From a virus (taxonomy: Duplodnaviria > Caudoviricetes), in the IMG/VR virus record IMGVR_UViG_3300024265_000101, positions 1 to 44,343 of that record: a stretch of 44,343 nucleotides of DNA; one strand, 5' to 3'. Both the position numbers and the translations under genes were made by a program. The notes beneath the pieces were generated by a model. That model saw nothing but the letters and a program-made list of their open reading frames with translations, ran no database searches and was not told where the DNA came from. Below are positions 8,342-17,196 of this stretch, piece after piece; position 1 is the first letter of the stretch, and every line of letters begins with the position of its first letter.

Positions 8342-8812
8342 CTACGCTACTACGTCTCGGAACTTCGATCGGGTATCTTCGAGTAGCGTTTGTGCATTCG
8401 AGATTCTTTGATGGAGACTCGCAAGGAGGTCATCACATTCCAAGCGTTTGCGATTGAAATCGTCTTCGAACTCTTCCACCTTAGTGGAATATTCCTTTCG
8501 GGCGTTCTCCACAGCTTTGTGAGCAGCATCTTCTTGCTGTTGGTATTTTGCAGAAAGGACTTCGTATTCTAATTTGAGCGTAGCAGAAGACTTCGCGTAT
8601 TGCTGTTTCTCTTCTACCAACGAAGTAGAAACCGCAGAGACTTCCTCAGCAAGAACCTTATGTTTTTGTTCTAGTTCCTTGCAAGCGAGGTTAAGTTCAG
8701 ATTGGTGTTGTTCTGCAGCAAGCGCAGTTTTGAGAACTTCCTCCAAGTACTCGGCAGAACGATACGTTCGGAGGACTTTCTGCAGTTCATTTAGAGCTTG
8801 TGAAGTTTCCAT
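8342..8812 (-). CDS. Coiled-coil hypothetical protein
   Basis: Continuous heptad pattern; TAATG coupling. Confidence 0.7.
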   Translation of the reverse strand: METSQALNELQKVLRTYRSAEYLEEVLKTALAAEQHQSELNLACKELEQKHKVLAEEVSAVSTSLVEEKQQYAKSSATLKLEYEVLSAKYQQQEDAAHKAVENARKEYSTKVEEFEDDFNRKRLECDDLLASLHQRISNAQTLLEDTRSKFRDVVA

Positions 8813-9165
8813 TACGTAGTCCTCTTTACGACTAATACGACAGCAAGAGCCGTAGCACCATCACCGGCCGTTACAGCAGGACGAATAAATTTAGGATTTT
8901 CTCTAACCATAGAAAGGATAGTATCGGCAGTCAATGCTATGACCGAACCGTCAGCATCATTAAGAGCGCCGAAGGCAACATTGTTGTTGCTCCCTTGCAT
9001 TGCAACACTACCACCTACACCGAAATTACCGTCGGCTTGAACTGTTTTGTCCGCAGATGCAGGCATTACAAGGGGAGTACCAGTATCCCCATTAGCCATA
9101 GCAGCCCAGGTATATACCGTGACGCCTGCGCCGAGAGTTTCGCTAGTCGGGACGATTATCGCCAT
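8812..9165 (-). CDS. Small all-beta virion protein (head decoration/spike-base-like)
   Basis: TVQ.DG.FG.GGSV..QGSN...IRP pattern; AAGGAG RBS. Confidence 0.55.
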   Translation of the reverse strand: MAIIVPTSETLGAGVTVYTWAAMANGDTGTPLVMPASADKTVQADGNFGVGGSVAMQGSNNNVAFGALNDADGSVIALTADTILSMVRENPKFIRPAVTAGDGATALAVVLVVKRTT

Positions 9166-9736
9166 CGGAGAGTTCTCCTTCGAGAATGCTAGGCGAATTG
9201 GAAAGGGAAGGGGTAGAAATTGTAGGAGAACTTCCTATTCCTGCCTCTCCCAATTCGCCTACATTCGTGTTTATATTCACCTGGACAAGTGGGTTCTGCA
9301 GAATGCGTTGAATCACATCCTCGGCGGTTTCCTTACCAGTATCCGCATCCTGATACTTTCCACTTGCGCGGAAGTAGATATCCACAGCCTTCAAGCGAGT
9401 AGTATAGGCGGGAGTTTTTGCTAAGGTTTCAGCATCCATTGCTTCACGGAGACGTTCAACGGATTTGGGATACAGCGCCTCAAATTCCTTCTCTGTGTCC
9501 TTGAGTAGGCGAGAAATTTCGGGCTCGGCGAGAGGATCGTGGAGAATTCTAGAAATGGATACCGGAGTTCGACCGGAAGCCAGTGCTATTTCGTTATTGC
9601 TTAGGCCGGAAAGGTGCATCAAGATGATTTGCTTGTGCTTAGCTGTGAGACGTTTCAACGGCATTGCACCATTCGGCAAGCGCGAACCGTTACGCTTCTC
9701 TTCGAGATATTCCTCAGGAGAATATTCTAGATCCAT
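9143..9736 (-). CDS. HTH protein, terminase small subunit candidate
   Basis: LT.KH..I..MHLSGLSNNEIA..SG.TP.SIS.IL helix-turn-helix followed by helices. Start re-assigned to the ATG at 9736 (TAATG overlap with the endolysin stop). Confidence 0.6.
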   Translation of the reverse strand: MDLEYSPEEYLEEKRNGSRLPNGAMPLKRLTAKHKQIILMHLSGLSNNEIALASGRTPVSISRILHDPLAEPEISRLLKDTEKEFEALYPKSVERLREAMDAETLAKTPAYTTRLKAVDIYFRASGKYQDADTGKETAEDVIQRILQNPLVQVNINTNVGELGEAGIGSSPTISTPSLSNSPSILEGELSDGDNRPD

Positions 9737-10098
9737 TAGAGGGGCTCTCCTGCCTCGGTGCGGGGAGAAAGGATATTTTTCGTATTCGGATGGACTTGAA
9801 AATGCAGATGAAAGCCCTGCCCTGTATCGTGAGCCATACAGCAAAGACGCTTTGGCCTGTCAGGATCGTACTGCCATCGAGAGTTTACGAACTCAACTAT
9901 AGGCACCGCAAGTTCTTTTTCCCTGCACCGCACGTCGATTCCGCGCAAAGGCAACGTCCCATGCACCCCAGGAGAATCAATCCGATATAGACTCGTAATC
10001 ACAAAAGGCATACCATAGTGTTCTTGCACTTCATACAATATAGCACGAAGTGTGCGATCTATGAATTCGAGTTGGTGAAGGTCAATGAGACAAAGCAT
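9736..10098 (-). CDS. Endolysin, peptidase M15 family
   Basis: ITSLYR, H..D zinc motif (VHGTLPLRGID) and HLHFQ. Confidence 0.8.
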   Translation of the reverse strand: MLCLIDLHQLEFIDRTLRAILYEVQEHYGMPFVITSLYRIDSPGVHGTLPLRGIDVRCREKELAVPIVEFVNSRWQYDPDRPKRLCCMAHDTGQGFHLHFQVHPNTKNILSPRTEAGEPL

Positions 10099-10368
10099 AG
10101 GATAGGAAGTATTGATATACTCGAGAAGGTGGAGGATTCCCCTCAGCCCACATTCCGAGAAGAATCCTCCGATTGAACGGAAACCCGCCGTTCACGGGAT
10201 CGAAGGCTCCGGTCGGCAACCTCGGAAGTGCTGACGGCCGAGTCCTTCTGATTCGATTCTTGCGCGGTGCTTGCTCCTTTCAGCACTGCACTTGCTCGAG
10301 AAGCAATCGCCCTCGCTTGGGGACAATTCCATAGCTTCAATATAGACGACTTCTCCATAGTACATGAA

Positions 10369-10398
10369 ATTATATCGCGTCTCAAATGATGAAAGCAA
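10369..10398 (-). promoter_or_regulatory. Leftward sigma70-type promoter facing the late arm
   Basis: TTGCTT-N18-TATAAT on the - strand. Confidence 0.5.
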
Positions 10399-10475
10399 GG
10401 TAGATACGTATCCAATCAACTAGCATCATTAGAATGTCCTCCGGGAGGAATGTCCTTCCCGCCGGGAATATCCTT

Positions 10476-10494
10476 TTGACCAAATGTTGGTCAA
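10476..10494. promoter_or_regulatory. Dispersed palindrome copy 2 (TTGACCAA-ATG-TTGGTCAA)
   Basis: Perfect copy in the divergent intergenic region; a half-site GTGGTCAA follows at 10506-10513. Confidence 0.85.
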
Positions 10495-10866
10495 TGCTTC
10501 TATGTGTGGTCAATGTTTCTATTGGGATTGAGTAGGAGAGATATAGAGAGAGGATAGAAAGGAGAGCCCAACATCCCACAGGCCATCGCCCTTGGGGGGA
10601 GGCGGCCCGTGCCTAATGCGAATGGGAATCATCTACATTGCCCAGTCCGGGCATGGTGCAGTGCACTACCAGGCTACTGGATGGAAGGACAGCACTGTAC
10701 AGAAGAACAGTATCCCATGTTCGGCACGGCAATTGCATGAATTCGGATTAGTATTCGTAATGCCTCGCATTAGAAAATGTACGTTGAACATCAGGCTGGG
10801 GTATGTTCGTATGGTGTCTAGTCCTGTATTTGCCAGCCCGCGGGTATATCCCCGCGATGCCAGGAC

Positions 10867-10880
10867 CGCTCTTTAACAAT
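10867..10880 (+). promoter_or_regulatory. boxA antitermination site
   Basis: CGCTCTTTAACAAT matches rrn/lambda boxA (GCTCTTTAACA); preceded by a hairpin at 10839-10856. Confidence 0.7.
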
Positions 10881-10939
10881 TCGATTTGATACCATCGCGG
10901 GATACCCCCGCGTATGGATTTTTACTGTGAGGAATTATC

Positions 10940-11311
10940 ATGGCTATCAAAAAGACCACGACAATCACCGGTGAAATTGCAGTCGCAATCCGTAGCGTGA
11001 AAATCGACGAAACCGCTACCGCGGCCAGCGAATTTAAAAGGACGTTCGATTTCACCGGATGTACTCGGGAACAATTGTTCGGCCCGGCGGTCAGATCATT
11101 GGTCATTGACGAACAAGGCGATTATCGGAAAGCCACTCCCACCGAGCGAAAAAAACTTCTCACTCGGACCATAAAGGTGACGGATATGCTTTCGAAAAAG
11201 CGTAAGCCCCGAGTGAAAAAGCCACCTACCCCCACGGATGTCGCGAATGTTCTCGCCCAAATGACCCCCGAGCAAAGGGACATTGCAATGGCCGCATACA
11301 ACGCAAAATAA
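10940..11311 (+). CDS. First early protein, hypothetical
   Basis: GAGGA RBS, own terminator, basic linker and C-terminal LAQMTPEQR motif. Confidence 0.8.
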   Translation: MAIKKTTTITGEIAVAIRSVKIDETATAASEFKRTFDFTGCTREQLFGPAVRSLVIDEQGDYRKATPTERKKLLTRTIKVTDMLSKKRKPRVKKPPTPTDVANVLAQMTPEQRDIAMAAYNAK

Positions 11312-11328
11312 CCGAACCCCCACAATTC

Positions 11329-11353
11329 GACCCCCGAAAGGGGGTCTTTTTTT
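11329..11353 (+). terminator. Rho-independent terminator
   Basis: GACCCCC-GAAA-GGGGGTC followed by T7. Confidence 0.9.
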
Positions 11354-11427
11354 GCCCATAGTCCTCCCCTCCCCATATAATATAGTTTCCACATTACTAC
11401 ATTCCATTTTCCACATACCTCCATCTA

Positions 11428-11639
<212 letters not shown>

Positions 11640-11697
11640 ACGATGTAGCAACATGGAATGTGGAATATAGGAATGGAGAATTATAGCAATTCCTTCC

Positions 11698-11726
11698 TTG
11701 CATTTGGGCGGAAGATCGTGTATAAT
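11698..11726 (+). promoter_or_regulatory. Early sigma70 promoter
   Basis: TTGCAT-N17-TATAAT. Confidence 0.8.
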
Positions 11727-11796
11727 ATATGGAGGAATGGACGAACTATAGCGACGGGCCGGAGGAATAGAAGAAATACCATTAAGGAGAAATACC

Positions 11797-12252
11797 ATGC
11801 CTAGGACAGTACGTCAAAATTCTAGAAAGAAGATAAATGCCTTTTTTCGCGCCTGCGTCATGTATGTGAATAAACAACGGCGAGCGCCACCTAGATTGAA
11901 AATCACATTACCTACATGGAAGCGAGATGTGATAGCACGAGGGATAGATCCCGACGATGTATTCGATGATTACGCAAACTGGGGATTGGCGGAGAAGATT
12001 GCACGGGAAGTAGGTACAAGCACGGAAGAGGAGTTGGAGGTTCTTTGGAACAAACACAAGTGGAGGGTAGATTATAGGAACAAAACACGTGGGAGAGAAA
12101 TAGTAGCTAAGCTTGCTGGGGGTGATATTCAGGGCGCGCATCAAATGATAACCGAGCGGCGGGAAGGGTATAACATACGTGAGGAAGACGCGGCGGGGGT
12201 AGCTAGGGCAGTGCAATCCCTATTGACCAAGGTTCGGTCAAAAGGTGGCTAG
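11797..12252 (+). CDS. Hypothetical early protein
   Basis: TAAGGAG RBS downstream of a promoter. Confidence 0.75.
   Translation: MPRTVRQNSRKKINAFFRACVMYVNKQRRAPPRLKITLPTWKRDVIARGIDPDDVFDDYANWGLAEKIAREVGTSTEEELEVLWNKHKWRVDYRNKTRGREIVAKLAGGDIQGAHQMITERREGYNIREEDAAGVARAVQSLLTKVRSKGG
12223..12241. promoter_or_regulatory. Dispersed palindrome copy 3 (TTGACCAA-GGT-TCGGTCAA)
   Basis: One mismatch; flanks CTA..AAGG conserved; lies 35 bp upstream of a promoter -35 box. Confidence 0.75.
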
Positions 12253-12276
12253 GCTATGTTCCTATGAAAATATCGC

Positions 12277-12305
12277 TTGCATAGAAGTGCCCATCGTGGT
12301 AAAAT
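12277..12305 (+). promoter_or_regulatory. Early sigma70 promoter (extended -10)
   Basis: TTGCAT-N17-TAAAAT with TGn. Confidence 0.8.
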
Positions 12306-12354
12306 AATAATGCTAAATTCTATATTGGAATAAGCAAATTAGGAGTATTCTTCA

Positions 12355-12573
12355 ATGTTCTTATACGAACTTCTCGATTTTATCGAGCAGGAAAAACTAG
12401 AGCCAAACGACCAAGTAATGATTGGCTATGATACTTTTGATACCACATCAGGAAAAGAGGCGCGTGCTGTTACACTTACGGAGATATGGAAAACTAATCA
12501 AGTAGGAAATATCTTACTTCTTATTGCTGACGATGACGAAGCAGTAATTCCACTTGAGGGAATAGGGCACTAA
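12355..12573 (+). CDS. Small acidic hypothetical protein
   Basis: AGGAG RBS. Confidence 0.7.
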   Translation: MFLYELLDFIEQEKLEPNDQVMIGYDTFDTTSGKEARAVTLTEIWKTNQVGNILLLIADDDEAVIPLEGIGH

Positions 12574-12577
12574 TTCT

Positions 12578-13129
12578 ATGCAAATACCACTCTGGGAGGA
12601 AATTGCTTTGGAAAAGTCTTTTACAAAATCTCCTGAAATTACTATTAAAGGTTTGGAAACTATCCTACATACTCGCGTAGTAGAATTGATAGAACTAGCC
12701 CAGGGAAGCTTAGATAAATACACATTGAAAGTTCCTAAGGTTTCCCTATTTTCGTCTGGAGCTATCGCGGGGGATGCTACTAGGGACGGAGACGATATAA
12801 GATTTAGTCTTCAGTTGTTCTTAGAAAACTATGAAGATTTTCTCGCAACTACAGTTCCGCATGAAGTAGCCCATAGTATTGTACGTCAAATCTGTGGCCC
12901 GAAGGAACAACCTCATGGGCGCGCTTGGCAAGATGTTATGTATATCCTCAAAGCGCCTGCTAATAGATGTCATAACTACAAGATAGCTAGAACCCCTAGG
13001 ACTAGGCAAAAGCGCCATCTATATAAGTGCGCTTGCCAAGAAGGCGTACAAGTTAGTACTACGATACATAATAGGATTAAGCGGGGAAATTCCTACTCCT
13101 GCCGCAAGTGCAGGAATGTGCTCACATAG
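12578..13129 (+). CDS. SprT-like zinc metalloprotease
   Basis: HEVAH, PHG..W, and C-terminal zinc ribbon YKCAC...H...CRKC. Confidence 0.9.
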   Translation: MQIPLWEEIALEKSFTKSPEITIKGLETILHTRVVELIELAQGSLDKYTLKVPKVSLFSSGAIAGDATRDGDDIRFSLQLFLENYEDFLATTVPHEVAHSIVRQICGPKEQPHGRAWQDVMYILKAPANRCHNYKIARTPRTRQKRHLYKCACQEGVQVSTTIHNRIKRGNSYSCRKCRNVLT

Positions 13130-13143
13130 GAATGGAATATCGC

Positions 13144-13172
13144 TTGCAAAGGAGTGCAAATTATGCCATAAT
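13144..13172 (+). promoter_or_regulatory. Early sigma70 promoter (extended -10)
   Basis: TTGCAA-N17-CATAAT with TGn; flanks shared with the 12277 promoter. Confidence 0.75.
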
Positions 13173-13216
13173 GATAGTGCTATATTCTATATTGAATTCG
13201 GAAAGGAGAACATCCC

Positions 13217-13444
13217 ATGCCTAAAATTACTATCACAATAGGAATAGACGACAATGGTCCTGACTTTGCTTTTGAAGATGAATCAGCATACTTGCTTCTA
13301 GTTTGTGCTGATATAGGATTAGATGGGTGTCCAAAAGATTTCGCTTCTGAAGAATTCTCAGCCAGCGTTCTTCACGACGTTCGCTACATGCTTACACGAT
13401 ATGAAGAAGTACAAGGAGAGGAAAGAGGAGAATCCCCAACATGA
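13217..13444 (+). CDS. Small acidic hypothetical protein
   Basis: AAGGAG RBS. Confidence 0.7.
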   Translation: MPKITITIGIDDNGPDFAFEDESAYLLLVCADIGLDGCPKDFASEEFSASVLHDVRYMLTRYEEVQGEERGESPT

Positions 13445-13662
13445 CTAACTACGTTCGACATAGAAATATGCTGTATTCCTTCGGGACTAATCTAGTTAAG
13501 AAGGAAATCATGGTTCAGTCCTTTCCTTCAATTAACAAGTGTAAGAAAGAATCTCGCGCACTCCAGTTGTATGAGAAAAGTAGAATTCGAGTTGCTACTT
13601 CAGGCAAAGGCCACGAGATTGAAAATATGCTTCTAAACATGGAAACCAGATACGGAGGCTAG
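13441..13662 (+). CDS. Hypothetical protein
   Basis: GAGGA RBS, ATGA overlap. Confidence 0.7.
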   Translation: MTNYVRHRNMLYSFGTNLVKKEIMVQSFPSINKCKKESRALQLYEKSRIRVATSGKGHEIENMLLNMETRYGG

Positions 13663-13670
13663 ATACTAGA

Positions 13671-13955
13671 ATGAAAACTATTTTACGAGAACACATCCCT
13701 TATGGGATATCCCTTGGAGTATACTCCAATCCGCAGGAAGCTATCTCCCGCTTAGTTGACCCACATGGAACTATACATCAAGTTCCAGACAACCTGTGCA
13801 AAAAAGGACAGGAATCCAACCTGCTGGAACTATGCAAGGTCCAGTGGGAACTTCACCTATGCTTCGACGTATTCGAGGCATTGAGGAAAGGAAGAAAAGC
13901 TACACAGGAAAAGGAACGCGAGCAGCAACAAAAGGAGGAAATTCCCCCATGTTAA
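13671..13955 (+). CDS. Hypothetical protein
   Basis: GGAGG RBS. Confidence 0.65.
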   Translation: MKTILREHIPYGISLGVYSNPQEAISRLVDPHGTIHQVPDNLCKKGQESNLLELCKVQWELHLCFDVFEALRKGRKATQEKEREQQQKEEIPPC

Positions 13956-14122
13956 CACTATCAGAAACTCGTCCTGTAATGGATAAACTTCGTAGACGAT
14001 ACACTGCAAATGAATTGAATAAAAAGAAAGCTGTTGCTGTCCTTCGTGCCTGGATTCGAGAATCACAGAAACACGACGAGGGGGATTTGATAGAACTATT
14101 CAAAGCCGGGTGGTTAGAATAG
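13949..14122 (+). CDS. Hypothetical protein (57 aa)
   Basis: AGGAGG RBS before the ATG at 13949, inside track ORF 13796..14122. Confidence 0.65.
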   Translation: MLTLSETRPVMDKLRRRYTANELNKKKAVAVLRAWIRESQKHDEGDLIELFKAGWLE

Positions 14123-14134
14123 GAGGACCTTCCA

Positions 14135-14455
14135 ATGACTCCCCATATACTTCAACACTTTCGAGAGGAATATTCTAAACGTATCCACTCCGGACTATGC
14201 TGGAACCGAGAAGGAGTTCCCAATTCTGAGACGGGCGAGTTAAACTATTTCCACGAATCTTTCGATGCAAAGAAATTCCTTTCCAGGTTCACTGAAGAAG
14301 AAGCCGCTGCAATAGCAGAAGGAATTGCTCCTCCGCCGAGGAAGTACAAAGAGGATAAGCAATTTGCTAAAGTACGTAGGATGCTAGCGGAACTGGATGA
14401 GGAAGAAAGGCAAACCGTACTGGAGATGTTTAATTTACAAAAGGAAGGAGAATAG
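14135..14455 (+). CDS. Hypothetical protein
   Basis: AGGAGG RBS; C-terminal MLAELDEEER motif. Confidence 0.75.
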   Translation: MTPHILQHFREEYSKRIHSGLCWNREGVPNSETGELNYFHESFDAKKFLSRFTEEEAAAIAEGIAPPPRKYKEDKQFAKVRRMLAELDEEERQTVLEMFNLQKEGE

Positions 14456-14460
14456 TTCTC

Positions 14461-14649
14461 ATGCTAAAACTCGAAATGAAACTTGAAAAGGAAACCAAAG
14501 GAGCCGTACGATATCAAGAACTCGCGTATGACGGCTCGGTGAAAACCATTGCTGACGGTGCCATACTCGGAACTTTATACATCCGTAAAGCCGCTTTTCC
14601 AGGAGGAGTATTCACGCCACTCATCGAAGTATCAATCGCGGAGAAATAG
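14461..14649 (+). CDS. Small beta-rich hypothetical protein
   Basis: AAGGAG RBS; EKETK.AVRY.E...GTLY.RK pattern. Confidence 0.7.
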   Translation: MLKLEMKLEKETKGAVRYQELAYDGSVKTIADGAILGTLYIRKAAFPGGVFTPLIEVSIAEK

Positions 14650-14654
14650 CTATC

Positions 14655-15323
14655 ATGCCCACGCGAAGAATCACATGCACTCTTGAAGATTCTATCCTCG
14701 CCGCGTGTGTATTCTTCCTAGAAGAGAATGGAGTGGAGATGCAAGGACGCTCTCCCTCCGATGTAGTTGAACTTTCGATGCAAACCTTAACTACATTTCT
14801 CTACCAGGAAGGATGTGTCCCCGCGGAAGGAATTGAGAATCCCACGGAGTATTTGGATGAAAGATTTATTAAAACTCCTAATGGAGCTACTCCTCAAAAA
14901 GGAAATCTTCGAGAATCCCTCCAGCAAGTCCTAAACTCAAATATTGAGCCAGGAGTCCCTGTAGCCACCTTGCTTTCTCAAGCAACAGACTATGAGACTC
15001 CCAACTCTATCCCTGCGCCGCAGGAAGTACCTCCTCCTGAACCCGAACCGATAGATTTGGAGAATCCTCCCTGGCGCGGAGTAGACAGCATCCCTTTCGA
15101 CCAACTTCAAGAAGCTAGTCCAAAGGATGTTCTTATTGAAAAGGTAGCTTCTTCTAACGACCCTATACTAAAAAAAGCTGTTGAGGTAGTCTATGCTATC
15201 TACCCTGCTAGTCATTGGGGCGATGAAGCTTGTTTGAACCTTGTATCGAGCACATACGAGAAGTTTAAGCCCTACATTGAACTATTGCTAGATCGATCAG
15301 CTCCTCCTAAGGAGGTTTCCTAA
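14655..15323 (+). CDS. Protein with an N-terminal ribbon-helix-helix-like domain
   Basis: RRITCTLEDS strand, helix, G...SPSDVV helix; Pro-rich linker. Confidence 0.55.
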   Translation: MPTRRITCTLEDSILAACVFFLEENGVEMQGRSPSDVVELSMQTLTTFLYQEGCVPAEGIENPTEYLDERFIKTPNGATPQKGNLRESLQQVLNSNIEPGVPVATLLSQATDYETPNSIPAPQEVPPPEPEPIDLENPPWRGVDSIPFDQLQEASPKDVLIEKVASSNDPILKKAVEVVYAIYPASHWGDEACLNLVSSTYEKFKPYIELLLDRSAPPKEVS

Positions 15324-15469
15324 TGTTCTTCTTACTTGAATGGTTCTTCAAAATAGTAAGCTGGATATTTCTTGTATTCCTCCCTGCTACGATGGAGCTA
15401 ATCGCCTTTGGAATATTCTTCCTAGCAATTGCCCTTCTCCTATTCATGGGACTTTACCCAGAAGGATAA
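15323..15469 (+). CDS. Small membrane protein, 48 aa (not in the ORF track)
   Basis: TAAGGAGG RBS, TAATG overlap; MFFLLEWFFKIVSWIFLVFLPATMELIAFGIFFLAIALLLFMGLYPEG. Confidence 0.65.
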   Translation: MFFLLEWFFKIVSWIFLVFLPATMELIAFGIFFLAIALLLFMGLYPEG

Positions 15470-15528
15470 TTGGGCTTGACAACTACCCGTTTGTATGTCA
15501 CAATGCCCTGGTGGATGGAGACAGGCTT

Positions 15529-15547
15529 TTGACCAACCTTTGGTCAA
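15529..15547. promoter_or_regulatory. Dispersed palindrome copy 4 (TTGACCAA-CCT-TTGGTCAA)
   Basis: Perfect intergenic copy. Confidence 0.85.
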
Positions 15548-15602
15548 TAGAATATCCGTCCGAAAACTCTATCATTTCACCACGCCACAAGGAGAATTTC
15601 TC

Positions 15603-16031
15603 ATGGCAAAGAAAGAGGAAGCACCCGAAGTTGCTTCTAACCCCACCGGAATCGAGGACGTAACCGCAAAGACTCCCGATTCAGGCCGCGAACTCACGGT
15701 ATCCTTCAACTACGGCGCCAACCTGCAGGATATGACTTCCAAGTTCGGGGAAGCCATTGTCTATTCGCAGGCGCAAGCGAACATTCGTATCAACTTGCAG
15801 GCTCTACTCCGCCGGCACATGGTCGATACCTTCGACAAGGAAGGGAAGAAAACCGCCGATGCCAAATCGGATGTAGAACTCCGCGAACTGGTCGCTGGAT
15901 GGAAGCCGGGAATGGCTGCAAGGGCACGGAAGTCTCCGAAGGACAAGCTCGCCGCATTGCTGGAGAAGATTTCTCCCGACGAGCGTGCAGCTTTGCTGAA
16001 GGAGGCCGCAGCGGAACTGGCAGCAGCGTAA
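15603..16031 (+). CDS. Hypothetical protein
   Basis: AAGGAG RBS before the ATG at 15603; C-terminal LLEKISPDERAALL motif. Confidence 0.8.
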   Translation: MAKKEEAPEVASNPTGIEDVTAKTPDSGRELTVSFNYGANLQDMTSKFGEAIVYSQAQANIRINLQALLRRHMVDTFDKEGKKTADAKSDVELRELVAGWKPGMAARARKSPKDKLAALLEKISPDERAALLKEAAAELAAA

Positions 16032-16207
16032 AAAGAGAATTAGGGCCAAAGGCGAGGCAGAAGCCCAACATGGAGGTTGCGGCTTTGGCCCTTCTATCCT
16101 CCTCCCACTGGGAGAGGGGAAGCATACCATCAAAGGTGTTTCTCCTCTCTCTTTTTTCCTGAAGAAAATATCGAAACGCGAAGATGAACATTCCGGAGTG
16201 CGAGTAG

Positions 16208-16477
16208 GTGGGCTGCAATGATTTTGTAGACGTGCGTATTGTTGAGGAGTTGCAGCGCAAATATAACCAACTCCGCGCTCGCAACGAGAAGCTGGTCGAG
16301 GCTTTACAATTCTATGCAGAGCAAAATCATCTTTCTGGCGACGGCACCCCCTGGGAAGAATGGGACACTGTTAGCGGCGAGCCGCAAAATTGGCTCTGTG
16401 GGCCAGATGACTGGGCTGGCATCGTCGAAAGTGGCGGCATAGCTCGCGGCGCATTGGAGAACAGCAGCGATGAGTGA
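16208..16477 (+). CDS. Hypothetical protein
   Basis: LVEALQFYA...G.IAR.AL pattern common in small phage proteins. Confidence 0.65.
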   Translation: MGCNDFVDVRIVEELQRKYNQLRARNEKLVEALQFYAEQNHLSGDGTPWEEWDTVSGEPQNWLCGPDDWAGIVESGGIARGALENSSDE

Positions 16478-16820
16478 CGAACAGGAACGACTTGATGCTG
16501 CGGTAGCGAAGGTACTGGAGGTTGTTGACGCATGCTGGCGTGCTGGGGGCGAGGGGGATTTATGGACCCTCCCCGGAGAGAAAGAATTGTGGTTCCCAGA
16601 TGAAATTAAACCGCATCTCGACTTCAACGCCCTACACGCAGCGATGGCGAAGTTACGGACTGAGGGCTATCGGTTTCGTTGTTACGGAGACTCAATATCG
16701 GTTGGTTGGGTGGTACTCGACCGAGATGGAAAACACCTGTTTGATGTGGATTTCGAGCCTGAATCAGAAGCTCTCGCCATCGCCCGTTGCATCCATGCAG
16801 CAGCAAACCATGAAAACTGA
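16470..16820 (+). CDS. Hypothetical protein, ABA-sandwich-like
   Basis: D.NA....MAKL...ALAIARCIHAA pattern; GGAG RBS. Confidence 0.5.
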   Translation: MSDEQERLDAAVAKVLEVVDACWRAGGEGDLWTLPGEKELWFPDEIKPHLDFNALHAAMAKLRTEGYRFRCYGDSISVGWVVLDRDGKHLFDVDFEPESEALAIARCIHAAANHEN

Positions 16821-17196
16821 AGATCCAAACACCCAACTAGAGCAAACAGTAGAGCAGAAACGCCTCGCTAAGTTGGAGCGGCGCTCGGAGGATTTGCTGC
16901 CTTCTAACGAATATTCACCTTTAGAAGTAGCCATTGCTATAAGCTTGTATACGTACAACGTTTCTCCTGCGGAACGGGCGCTAAAACTACATCAACACTT
17001 CAGTGGGCAATGCGCCGAGCTTGAAGATCTTGTACGTATTTTAGTAGATGTTCCCGCATTTTTTGCTACCGAGTTTGCAGTTCCTACAGCTTTTGTCTAC
17101 GTTAAACACGCACTTCTGCGGTATGGGTTGGAAGCTAAAAACCGCGTTGCTGCTGAAACACACATGGGAGAACTCGGAGATTCCCCTCATGCCTAA
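16810..17196 (+). CDS. Hypothetical protein
   Basis: Start re-assigned to the ATG at 16810; packs between neighbours. Confidence 0.6.
   Translation: MKTEDPNTQLEQTVEQKRLAKLERRSEDLLPSNEYSPLEVAIAISLYTYNVSPAERALKLHQHFSGQCAELEDLVRILVDVPAFFATEFAVPTAFVYVKHALLRYGLEAKNRVAAETHMGELGDSPHA

Noticed and set aside
10143-10876. Short ORFs in the divergence region (10143..10415, 10192..10419, 10382..10579, 10592..10876)
   Set aside because: They overlap promoter and palindrome elements, lack clear RBS or motifs, and conflict with each other. One short leader ORF cannot be excluded.
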